A DNA stretch of 64,000 nucleotides from assembly GCA_026936335.1 (NCBI GenBank), contig JAPMXV010000016.1:124001-188000 (forward strand), given 5' to 3'. This document shows, piece after piece, positions 11,428 through 22,869 of this stretch. Origin of the DNA: Mantamonas sphyraenae STR306 (taxonomy: Eukaryota; Protista; CRuMs). The first letter of the stretch is position 1, and the number at the start of each line of letters is the position of its first letter. Below the pieces are notes generated by a model. The model was not told the origin of the DNA. It worked only from the letters and a program-made list of their open reading frames with translations, and searched no databases. The position numbers and the translations under genes are program-made.

Positions 11428-12881
11428 GCCAAGACGGAGCTTCCTCATCCTCCCATTCCTCTGTGGCCTCCTCGCCGGTCTCGTCGTCGCCCTCTTCTCC
11501 GTCCATGCAGCTGGACAACGAAGCCTCGCAAGGCGAAAGCATGGATCACGAGCCGGCAAACGGCCCCACGGGCGCAGGCGGCGACGAGGACGCACAGGAA
11601 GAGCAGGCAGACTCGTGTCTCAAGGGACAGGAGTACCTGTGGACGCGCAAGTCGTGGTTGAATGGTACGCAGCTGCTGCGAGAGCGCGAACTCAACGGCC
11701 GCGTGGGCACAGCCCACCAGACACGGTTGGGTCAGAGTTACGTGCCCACAGCCGCGTCTGCCACCCTGGTGGATGTGTACGACCATCGAGCGTACTGTGG
11801 ACAGTACACAGACGACGGGTCGTTGTACTTTACGGCTTGCCAGGATTGGAACATCCGGGTGTACGCCACCGGAGGCGAGAAGAAAGACACATGCATCAAC
11901 ACCATCCCGACCATTCCGGGCCAGTGGACCATCACCGATGCCACCGTGTCTCCCGACCAGCAGCATCTGATCTATTCGTCCATTGTGCCCGAGGTGTACA
12001 TGTGCCGCTTGGACGACCCCGAGCACGCCATGACCAAACTGGACTTTAACATCGCTGGCAGCGCACGCTCCCGCTGGGGCGGTGGCTTTGGCATTTGGTC
12101 CATCCGATTCAGTGCCGACGGCCGCGAGGTCATCGCAGGCACCTCCGACTCGTCCATCTACGTGTATGACGTGGAGGCTGGCAAGGTTGTCTTTCGCCAG
12201 CAGGGCCACGATGACGACGTCAACGCAGTGGCCTTTGCCAGCAAAACAGATTCCAATGTGCTGTTTTCAGGCTCCGACGACAACCTCATCAAAGTGTGGG
12301 ACCGGCGAAGCATGCGCAGCAACGAGGCCGGGTGTCTGTTTGGCCACTCGGAGGGCCTGACGTATCTGACGCCCAAGGGAGACGGCCGCTACCTCATTTC
12401 CAATTGCAAGGACCAGACGCTGAAGCTGTGGGACATCCGCACCATGATGTCCATGCAGGAGGCCCGGCAACACTACGACTCGCTCCCACGCTATCGTTGG
12501 GATTACCGTGCGGGCGAGTACCCGGGCGATGCCACATACAAACATCCCAAGGATCGCAGTGTGCTCACCATCCGAGGACACCAGGTGCTGTCCACCCTCA
12601 TCCGCTGCCACTTTTCGCCTGCCTACACAGGCCAGCGCTACATTTACACCGGCAGTGCAGACGGATCTGTGTACATCTACGACCTCAGCGGCTCCGTCGT
12701 CGAAACGCTTGACACCACTCACATGACCCAACACGTCATCCAAGACTATTATGGCTACGGCGGCGGCGGCATCGTCCGAGACTGCAGCTGGCACCCGCAT
12801 GCCCCAGAGCTCATGGCCGTCACCTGGGATGGAGGTGTCATCCACTTTTCCTCTGAGAAAGACGACGAAGATGATGAGTGA
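10463..12881 (+). CDS. DCAF11: TPR co-chaperone domain fused to DCAF11/WDR23 (LEC14B)-type WD40 protein, 3 exons
   Basis: Exons 10463-10747, 10856-10922 and 11092-12881. DCAF11 hallmarks: RAYCGQY, WTITD, HDDDVNAVAF, IKVWDRR, GDGRYLISNCKDQTLKLWDIR, WDYR, GHQVLSTLIRCHFSP, VRDCSWHP. Confidence 0.88.
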
Positions 12882-12920
12882 GACGGGGAAACAACAACAA
12901 ACTCAGGTTCATTTTCTCAT

Positions 12921-15900
12921 TCACAGATCCAGGTCGTCGCCCAAACGACGCACCTTGAGACGCACAGGACGCGGTTGTGCAAAGCCGTCCTCCTTGGCCT
13001 GTGCACTGCGCAGCACAGTCCACTGGTCGATGCGCAGTGTTGTGCTGCGCTGCTTGTTCTTCTTGTTCTGCTGCTGCTGCTGCTTTCCCGACTTGGCTCC
13101 CCTTTTGCCACTGATGCTGCTCTGCTTCCTGAACCCTCGGTGATTTTGGTTTTCCACCTCGTCGTCCTCGTCATCATCCTCCTCCTCGTCTTCCTCGTCG
13201 TCCACACTCTCTCCACGCTCGATGGCATCAGCACGCGCCTGCAGCTTGTCCAGACGCATCCCCTGCGCCTTGTTCACAAAGCGCAGCGCACCACGCAGTT
13301 TGTCCAATCCATTGCGTGCTGCCACATTCACATGCTCATCCTCCTCCTCTTCGTCCTCGTCCTCGCTTTCGCTCTCGCTCTCCAGCACCCACTCATGGCT
13401 CTCCTCGTTCTCCATCGCCAGCAACGCTTCCGTCACGCGCTCATTCAGCCGCGCCCACCGCTTGTCCTTCACAGGCAACACGTCACGCAACAACTTCACC
13501 AGCATCGCATCCCTTTCCTCCTGCGTTTCCTCCTCGTCGTCGTCCCCATTGTCGTCACCACGACCGCTGCTACTGCTTCCATGTTTGCCACTGCGCCGTC
13601 CACTGCTGCTGCTACTGCTGCTGCTGCTGTTGGCTCCCTCCAGCACACGCCTGCGTTTGGCACGCTGCTCGCGCGCATGCAGAAACGGGTCGTCTGAAGG
13701 CAGCTCCATGCTGTGGGTAATGGTTGCGTGCGGCGAGTGTACATGCGAGTTCTGTCGCAGGCTGCACACGTACCGTGCATTGATGGACCACATGTGCACG
13801 TGTCCGTTGATGTCTCCCGTCACAAAGCATGACTTTGTCGTGTAGAACGTCATCGTGGCCACACACGCCTTGTGACCGCGCCACGAGTGCAACGGCACCA
13901 CTTCGTGGCTGCCAAAGTGTGCGTGCTTGTGACCATGCACCAGCTGGTACACCGACCAGAGACGCAACACCCCCTGCGAGTTGCCCGTCAACAACAACGA
14001 CTCGGATGGATCCAACACCCACGCCTGCGGCGTCTCTGGCAACCGAACCACATACGATGCCATCACCTTGCCCGACACCGTCCCAAACGCATGGAACGCC
14101 CCTCCCGAAAACTGCAGGGACGCTTCATGCCGAGGCAACCCAATCAACAGCTCCACAGGCGGAAGCTTCACGTGCGACGACGACGACGACGACGACGACG
14201 ATTCTCCCACACTCTGTGGCGCGGGCACAGGCTGCACCTGACGCACCTGACCCGTGACACGACGCCACATCAGCACCGTGCCGTCGTGGGCGCCTGCAAT
14301 GACCAGATCGTGCACGCACGTCATGCACGTGACGTTGGATTCGTGGCCATGCAGGTACCGCGGAGCGCTGTTGCGTCCAAACGACAGCTCGGGCCACATG
14401 GCAATGCGCTTGTCGCGTCCAATGCCCACCAGCGGCCGCTTGGCCTTGTGGTCCATGTACCACAGTTGCGTCACCTCCTTGGCAAACTTGTGCCGTCGCG
14501 CGTTGATCTCGTACAGCCGCTCACCGTTGCTAAAGTTCCACACTGTCACCGTGCCATCGCTGTCCGACGTCACCAGCCGTCGCTGACGGTGATCCAGACG
14601 CGACGCCACAATGTTCACGTCGCTGCCGGCGGAAAACTCGTGCTGAAACTGGTTCTCGCTTCCTGCCACAGCCCACACGCGCACGTTGCCATCCACAGCC
14701 ACACTCACCAAACAGTCAAACTGTTTGGAGTAGTGCAAGCCCACCAACGGACCCGAGTGCGCCGGCAGATTCACGTTGCCACTCTCGTTGGCCGCCACCT
14801 CCATCGGCCACACACGCAGCCGCGAGCCAGCCGTCACCAAGCGACCCAGCTTGGCGTCCCATGCCATGCACGACAGTTGGTTCTCGGGCGAGTGGTCAAT
14901 CTGGTCCACCACCGTTTGCACAATCGACCAGTTGCGAATGTCCCACACATGGATCACCTTGTCCGCACTCATGCTGAACATCTGGTACAGTTCGTCGTTG
15001 AACTCAATGCCCACCACCGTCGTCTTGTGTGCCTTTAGCCTCGACGTCGGCTCCTTTGCAAACGGCGTCCACAGCAGAATGTCCCGATCCTGCCCTCCGC
15101 TGGCAATCAGACGCGCCATGTCGCTGTACCCGAAGCAGTACACACCCTTTGTGTGTCCGTTGAGCGAACGGCCCACGTCCCACCGCTCCGGATCGCTCAC
15201 AGTCAGTCGCCCGTCCATGCCCGCCGTAATCAGGCCCACCCCAGGCACAAAACGCACCTGCGTCACGTTGTCCACGTGGAACTTGTACTTGGCCTCCACC
15301 TTGTACGTGCCCAGGTTGATGGCCGTGCACATGCCTGTGGTGTCGCCCACAATCAGCACGTTGCGCCCACGCATCGACCCCACCGTCGAACACATCGGTG
15401 GATTCGACAGCCGAAACTGCTTGTGGATCGCCATGTCCTGACGCACGTTGTAAATCACCACCAGCCGGTCCAATGTGATGACCACCAGCCTTCCGTATGA
15501 CTTGAGATACTCCATGGACACGGGCCACGACAGCGTGCCCTGCACCCCTCCCTGTCCACTGACCACACGCGTGCTCTTGACCCCTCCGTCACGCATCAAC
15601 TCCACAGGCGTCACTTGGTTTGCTTCCAGCATGCGTTGCACCGCAGGCAGGATCTGTGTGCCCATGTTCAACGTGTTTCCACCTCCCGATGACGACGACC
15701 CTCCGCCACCACCACCGCCACGCGACGACCCGCCTCCTGTGCTCCCTGTCGTGCTGCGACTGCTCGCACGCCCCAACGAACGCGATCCGCTGGCACGCGA
15801 CCGTCCACTCGGCGACCCCGTCGACTCTGTGCCCGTCGCCGTTGTGGTTGCCCCTCCCGAGCGCAACGAGCTCACACTGTACACGTCCGACGACATGCCA

Positions 15901-18039
15901 AACTCTTCCATGAGCAACATCTCCTCGTCCTCTTCGTACTCGTCGTCCAACGACAACCCCACCACCGATGAGGCACGCGACGATCCGGCGCTCGGCATCT
16001 CGTTGTCACTCGCCATCCCGCCTGCTGCTCCACTGCTCGATGAGCCCACGCCTGCACCTGCATCTCCACCCATGCCAGAGCCACCCACGCCTCCATCTGT
16101 GTCCACTACGCCGCCCAGGGCCATGGAAACGGTGCCGCCGCCCACTTTCTCGTGTTTGATTCCCTTGTCCACCGTGCCAGCGCCGAGAATGTCCTTCTGG
16201 CGGGTCATCGGGTACAGTGTGTGCTTCAGCTCACACGTGCGTTGGTCCCACACCTTGACAAGGCCGTCACGTGCACACGTGGCGTACAGATTGAACTCGG
16301 GCAGAATCACAATGTCGTCCACCATGTTCTTGTGCGAAAACATGGCCACCGGCGTCTCCTTACGCACCTTGTACGACCGTGTGGACGAGTTGAACTTGTC
16401 TTCCATCGTGTTTTCCTGCAGCAGGTACGAAATGAACTGGTCGTATGTGATGCGGCCCTCGGCGTCCGGGTCCACCTTGGCAAACAGATGCCTGTACAGC
16501 CGGTCCGGTGCACTGTACACCTTTGAGATTGCACGCACAAACTGGCCCTCGTTCAGGTACTGCATGCGCGACAGCGCGTGGAACCATTGCAGCACCACTG
16601 CCAGATCCTGCCTGTCCAGATCCTGGTATCGCGTCTTGCGTGCGTTCAGCTGGCCCGTCTGCTCGTCCACCTGTGCCTCTGTCAGAAAGCGACGGCCCGC
16701 GTCGTCTGTGGCCCCCAGTGTAATCATGCGTTCGTTGTCCACCACCGATTGCCGCAGCCCAAAGTACTTCTCCTTCTCGTTGCCATCCTCGCTAAACTCG
16801 CTCACCACCGTCTCGCCGTCATCATCCTCGTCGCCTCCCCGACGCTCCCGATGCCGATCCACCATCACACGGTACCCCGGCGGCGGGGCACGACGCATCG
16901 AGTGCGCCATGATCTCCTTCACCGACCCCGGTGTGCTCACAAGCGACACCCCGCTCCTGCTTGTGCCTGTCAACGCCGTCCTCGGAGTCCTGTTCCCCTT
17001 GGATGACAATGACATCCTTGTGCTGCTCGACGTGGTCGTCCTCCTCCTGCGCTGCTGGTCGCCGTCCTCGTTGTCCTCGTCGTCGTCGTCGTCGCTGCTG
17101 CTCAGATCGCTCACCTCATCCTCTTCCTCCTCCCCCTCCTCCCCTCTGTACACATACTCATCAAAGTCATTGGTGCGTGTGTCCACCGTATCTGCAGACA
17201 AATCCAGCTGTGTTTCGTCCAATGCTGCTGTGGACGACGTGCTGGCACGCATCTTCATCTTTTGTGTCTGCCGTTGCTCCTGTTGCAACGAACGTGCGCG
17301 AATACGCAGCGCACGTCGTTGCCGTGCCGCTTCGGCCTTTTCCTCCTGTGCTGCCACCGCCTGTTCGTACTGCAGCCTGGCCGAACTCTTCAGTTCCGTG
17401 CGTCGCGGGTTGTCCAGCCGTTCTTCCAACACGGCCAAATCCGCCAGGATGTCCTCCATGGTGTATGCACTCTGACTCCATGTGCTGCTACGCTTCACCT
17501 TGCGCTTCTGTGGTATGGATGTGTGTTTGTCGTACCCGTCCCTTGTCAGAGGGTGTCTCTCCATGCCTCCCAGTGCCCGCTGTTCCTCCACTTACCGTTG
17601 CTCCGCTCGGCGGGCGATTCGTTTCGGTGCGCGCCGAGCCCACACGCAGCTGTTGCCGCATTGCAGGAGCAGACGACAGACGCAGTGAGTGTCGACGCCG
17701 TTTGCCCTCGCTGTCCACGCTCCCTCGTTGGTCTCGTGAGCCCGAACGCGCGGACAACGGCCGGTACACCTGACGCTCCAGCAGACTGCCTTCCTCCCCC
17801 GACTCGGACATCGATTCGGTCAGCTTCAAATGCGTCGCCACCTTGTCCCGTGTCAGACGTCCTCGTGCCGTGCGCGGTCGAAAGTCAAACTTTTGCGACT
17901 CCTGCATGGCTGCTTCGCGAAAGTTGCCGCGCCGCCGTGCCGGCCGAGGCGGATGTGGCCCCGACGAAGATGTCCCAGAGTCACGCCGTTGTGTCGATGC
18001 AGACCCAGGTCGTCGATGACTGTATGAGCCCGATGACAT
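12921..18039 (-). CDS. EF-hand + WD40 protein (WDR49/EFCAB8/WDR64-like, probably ciliary), 2 exons
   Basis: Exon 18039-17596, GTAAGT...CAG intron 17595-17508, exon 17507-12921. EF-hand LFAKVDPDAEGRITYDQFISYLL, followed by many WD repeats (GHTKGV, VHVWDIR-type, VTVWNFSNG). Confidence 0.75.
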
Positions 18040-18049
18040 GGTTTGCGTG

Positions 18050-18092
18050 TGTATGAGTGTGTGTGTGTGTTTGTGTGGTGTGGCGTGTGTGT
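18050..18092. promoter_or_regulatory. (GT)n-rich ~90-bp divergent promoter region
   Basis: The head-to-head start codons at 18039 (-) and 18129 (+) are separated mostly by a GT microsatellite. Confidence 0.5.
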
Positions 18093-18128
18093 TTGAGTGC
18101 GGCGGCGCAGCAAAAGCCTTTCGCTGCC

Positions 18129-19707
18129 ATGCACACCCACGCCATCCGGTCTCGTGTGCTCCTGCTTGTTCTGGGTCTGGTTTTGGCACTGGCCATGGGT
18201 ATCGGCAGTGCAGGGGCTCTCCCGGACGACGATGTGGACGGAGCGGACGAGGCACCGCAGCCCACCACCGACGACGACAACGACGAGGCTGGCGACGGAG
18301 TCGTGCTTGAGGACGAAGTGCCACAGCTCGACAGCAGTGACGACGACGAATTTGACCACCACCATCAGCACCAGGAACATCATCAACAACAGCAGCAACA
18401 GCAACAGCAACAAAAGCAGAAGCAGGACCCAACCACCACCACCAAGGCAAAGAAGAACTTTACAGAGGTCTCACCGCGCATGTGGCGAACCTACCACGTG
18501 TGTGGCTGGCTCAAGAGCATCGATATGGGCGCTCTGTGCCAGGTACGTTTGTCTGTCATCCGCCTGTCCATGTGGTGTTCGTTGTGGGGCGCCACCCACT
18601 TGTGTCTTGAGCGACCCTCCGCTCTCTTTCTCGCCCGCTGACCTCCACGCACCGGGCACACAGACTTTCAAACAGAACAAAGTGAACGGACAGATGCTTG
18701 TGGACCTGATGGATGATCATCACCTGGGCCAGCACGGCCTGGGCATCCGTTCCGAGGTGTTGCGGGAACGGCTGCTCTCGGAAATCGGCAAGTTGAAGGA
18801 CTTTAGTCCCTGGCGAGTCATCAAAAACAAGCTGCTCATGCGTCTCATGCAACCGTTCACGGGTCTCATGATGCGCACGGTGGCCTACGGGGACGACCAG
18901 CGCGAGTTTGAGTGGTACCAGCGCGAGTTGGAGCGCAGAGCACGCGAGTATGACCGCAAGCGCCTGAAGAAGGATCCACGCAAGTGGGATGTGGAAGACG
19001 TGTGTCTCTGGCTGGAAATCAATGGCAAACCACAGCTCAAGCTGCTGGTGCGAAGCAACCAAATCCACGGCGACACCTTGTTGGACATCAACAACATCCA
19101 GGCTGTCGCACACGTCCTACACGTGTCTCCCCTGCGCGATCGCCTCTCGCTTCTCGACGACCTGCGTCAACTCAAGGTCAACATGAACCCCAGCTGGGGC
19201 CAGTTTTTCAAACGATTGCTCATTGGCGACCTGGCACCCCTCATCGGCGCCATCATCGGCACCATCGTCACCGTCCTCGGGCCCTGGCTCCTTGCACGCT
19301 CTCTCCGCTCCTACCTCTACAATTTTCTGTTGGCACCCATCTTTATCATCCTCGGTTACGTGGCCGGCTCCCTCGTTGTTATTGTCACTCCCCTGCGTGG
19401 CCTTGTGCCCATGATTGCCGGCATCTACATGCCCATCCTCGCCTACAGCACCGTCAGCACCCGCCATCGCTACCTCAGCGAGTACATTCAGAACCTCGAG
19501 GCCGAAGCCCTGCAGGCTCAGCGCGACCGGGAGATCCAGCGTGCACGCCGCTACGCAAGCGCCACGGCCTTGCTGGGCACCGAAAAGCCCACCGATTTGT
19601 TCCAGTGGCGCATCCAGGAGGGGGTGGACATTGCCAAGAGGAAATGGGAGCAGACAAAGTACCAGGCCAATCTTGGCTACCGCCACGTGTCGCACAAGGG
19701 CACATGA
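18129..19707 (+). CDS. Signal peptide + two SAM domains + ~3 TM helices, 2 exons
   Basis: Exons 18129-18542 and 18664-19707. Signal peptide VLLLVLGLVLALAMGIGSAGA. SAM1 WRTYHVCGWLKSI..FKQNKVNGQMLVDL..LGI..RERLLSEIGKLK. SAM2 WDVEDVCLWL..NQIHGDTLLDI. Hydrophobic helices near the C-terminus. Confidence 0.75.
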
Positions 19708-19804
19708 GCGCAATTGACAATACAGAGTAGCACACTGGTATCCTATAAAGGGTTGTTGCACAAGCTCACGCTTCTGTATTTCTTCCGCGGCTTGCGGTTT
19801 CCAC

Positions 19805-22568
19805 TCACTCTGCCACCATTTGCGACACACCCACATCCACCGTGACATTCTCCAGGGCCTCCTCAATGAGCTCGGCGACCTCCTCCATGGTGTCGTCCTC
19901 CAGATGCGGCTTCTCCTGCGTAAAGTACCCTCCGTCGAGGTATTCCTGGGTGGGCAACGGCCAAGTGCGGATCATTCCGTTGTCCGAGCCCGTCACAAGC
20001 ATCGTGGACGCCACCGACAGGGAGTTGATCGAACCCTCCGACGAGTGCACCACATACTCCACCAGGCAGCTGAAATCGGACATGTCCCACACGCGCACGG
20101 TGCAGTCGGAGCCCGCCGAGCACAGCAAGCGTCCGCTGTTGCTCGTGTCCACATCCGTCACACGTGCGCTGTGGCCCTTGAGCACCGCCGTGGGCGTCTT
20201 GTTCTTGGTCATGGGAGACCACACCTTGACGTTGTGGTCCCACGAGCACGTGGCCAGCATCTCCGAGTGGTCGCCCTTGCCCCAGCAGCACGCGCTGATC
20301 ACACTCTCGTGTGCGTTCTCCACGTACCACTGCGAGCTGATCTTGCGGCTCTTCACCTTCCACACCTGCACCATGTGGTCCGTGCCCACAGACGCCAGGT
20401 GTGATCCGCTCTCGTTGAACTTGAGCGACTTGACGTGTCCGCTGTGTGCGTCCGTCGTGCTGGCGGGCGACACATACGTCGGCTCCGGTCCCAGTGGCGA
20501 GTTCTCCTCCATCGGGTAGCTGTCCTTCAACGGCCACAGGATGATGTTAAAGTCGTGCGCTGCGCTGGCCATGGTGGTGCGGTCGGGCGACACCGCCAGA
20601 GCCTCCACCTTGCCGCAGTGACCCTGGAACACAACCGTGTTCTTGAACAGGTTGTTGCCGTTCTCCAGCGAAACGCCTCGGATGTCGTAGTCCGAGCCGG
20701 CCGCAAACACCATCGTCTGGTCCACGTTTGTGTCGATCTCGTACACGGAGCCACCAAACGGAAGCTTGGTGATGCTCCTGCCCGTGCGCCACTCGGAGAA
20801 CAGCACCGAAAAGTCCTCGGAGCCCGACAGGACATGCGAGTCGTTGTGGATCAGCTTCACGCTCATGATGGGTGCCTTGTGGCCCATAAAGGTCTGGATG
20901 AGGCGAGGGTGGAACACGTTCTGCGACAGGTCCCAGATGTGCACTGTGTTCCACGTCGACGCAGTCACCATGATGCTTCGATCGGGACTCATTTCCATCG
21001 TGGCAATGTCGTCCTCGTGTGCGTTGATGGTCATGAGCAGCTCGTCGGCCTGGGTCACCGAATCGAGCAGTTCCACGGCCACCGGCGTCGACAGAAAGTC
21101 CACCTCCACCACTTCAGCCGTGAGCGAGTTGCCAGCCTCGTTGTTCTGCTCCACCACCTCTGGCAGTTCAAAGTCCAGCAGCTTCCACAGGCGGCAAGTG
21201 GCGTCGCCCGACGCCGTCATCATCATGCTCTCGTCGTTGAGCAAGGCGATGCGTCGGATGTCGCCCTTGTGCGAGGTGATGCAACGCAGCTCGTTCGATG
21301 TGGCCACGTGCCACATCTTGATCTCGTTGTCGCGTGCGCCGGAAAACAACACCTCGCCGTTCTCCTTCCAGGTCAGCGTGGTGATGTCTCCACGATGGCC
21401 GCTGATGTCTGTGTCGTTGACAATCTTGATCGAGTCGTCGGTGAGCTCTTCGCCACGGTCGTACACGGCCTGCACGTTGCTCAGATCCCACAGCTTGATC
21501 GTGCTGTCTCGGCCCGAGCTCGCCAGTGTGTTGGTCGTCTCGTTGTTTGCCAGCGTCAGGATGGTCGCCTTGTGGCCCCACAGCGCCTCCACAAACTTAA
21601 AGTTGTCCTGTGCATTCCACACGCGGATGGACAGGTCCTTGGAGCCCGACACAAGCAGCCTGGCCTGGCAAACCCACTCCAGGCACTCCACGCGCGACTC
21701 GTGCGCATCGCGGTTTGTGTCCTGCGTGATCCTGGACGATGACGATGATGATGATGATGGTGATGGTGATGGTGGTGGTGATGATGCGTGTGCCAGGGTG
21801 TCCGTGTCAGTGTTGTTGTGATTGAACGTACGCGTGTCCCCTGTTCTGCCCTGTGCTCCGCTCACCTTTTGGTCAGTTTGCCCGTCTCCCAGTTCCACAC
21901 GAAAATGCCCTCCACGCCGCACGACACCAGTGTGGGTTCGGTCGGATGGAACAGCACGTCGCGCACAACTGTGTTGTGGCCGGCTGTGAGTGTGTGCACG
22001 TGCGTGTGGACGCCAGGTGGACAAAAACGCCGTGGTAAAGAGTGTCAGCAAGCCACGCCACGAAATCGCCAGCTTTTCCCTCTTGTCGTTTCGATCTCTC
22101 CACGCCCACCTACCAAGCACGTTCTTCAGAACAAAATGGCGTGGTGCTCCCTCTTGCTCGGGCTGCATCAGCTCCATGATGTAGATGGATCGGTTGCCCG
22201 ACACAAAGGCCAGGCTGTGGAAACAAAAAGGTCGGCCGGTGGAGTTTGCAGGCTGCGGTGTGAGCAAATCCCTCGTCCGAGTTTGCGTGCGGGCGTCCAC
22301 CAACGACGGCCACCACGGGCCACACGCAATTTCTGGGCACAACGTACTACTTGCCATCGGGTGTAAAGGCCACAGGGGTGTCCTCCTGCACACCGATGAT
22401 GCTCAGGGGCTTGGTGCACCAGTGCTTGGGCGGGTAGCGTGTTTCGTCGTCCGCCGTGCTGTGGCTGCTCTCGCTTTCACGATCCTGATCGATCTTGGAG
22501 TACGGCTCCTTGATCTCCATGCCACCTACACCGGCGGCAGACGATGAGGAACCTTGTGCGTTGCTCAT
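19805..22568 (-). CDS. Multi-WD40 repeat protein (about two propellers), 4 or more exons
   Basis: Many GH..WD repeats (GHKAT..IKLWDL, GHRGD, GHSAR..VRVWDM). The spliced 5' part reads PDGKYLAFV / AGHNTVVRDVLFHP / KRITQD. The frame stays open upstream of the ATG, so the start is uncertain. Confidence 0.8.
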
Positions 22569-22869
22569 CTGCTGCAATCGAATCGAAGAAATGTTGGCGA
22601 TCGGATGGTCGAGGATGCTAGCGTATTCCTTGCGTACGTTGGCTGCTTCTTGGTTGAAAACGGTGCTCGTACGATCTGATACTCGAGGGCTGCTACTGTT
22701 GGAAGACGACTGAACTGTGAGGGTCTCGGCTTCAAGTCGTTGAATTTTGCAATCTCGAGGGTTGCCTCGGCTTGCGCGAAACCGCCGCAGCGTTCATGTC
22801 TGCCGATGACCTCGCTCACGCCAGCACCCAGGCAAGGATGGATGGAAACAGGAATCTTCATTGCTTCAA

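Noticed and set aside
22347-22352. In-frame TAG after PDGK as a recoded codon
   Set aside because: It is explained by a TA|GTACGT splice donor that gives PDGKYLAFV.
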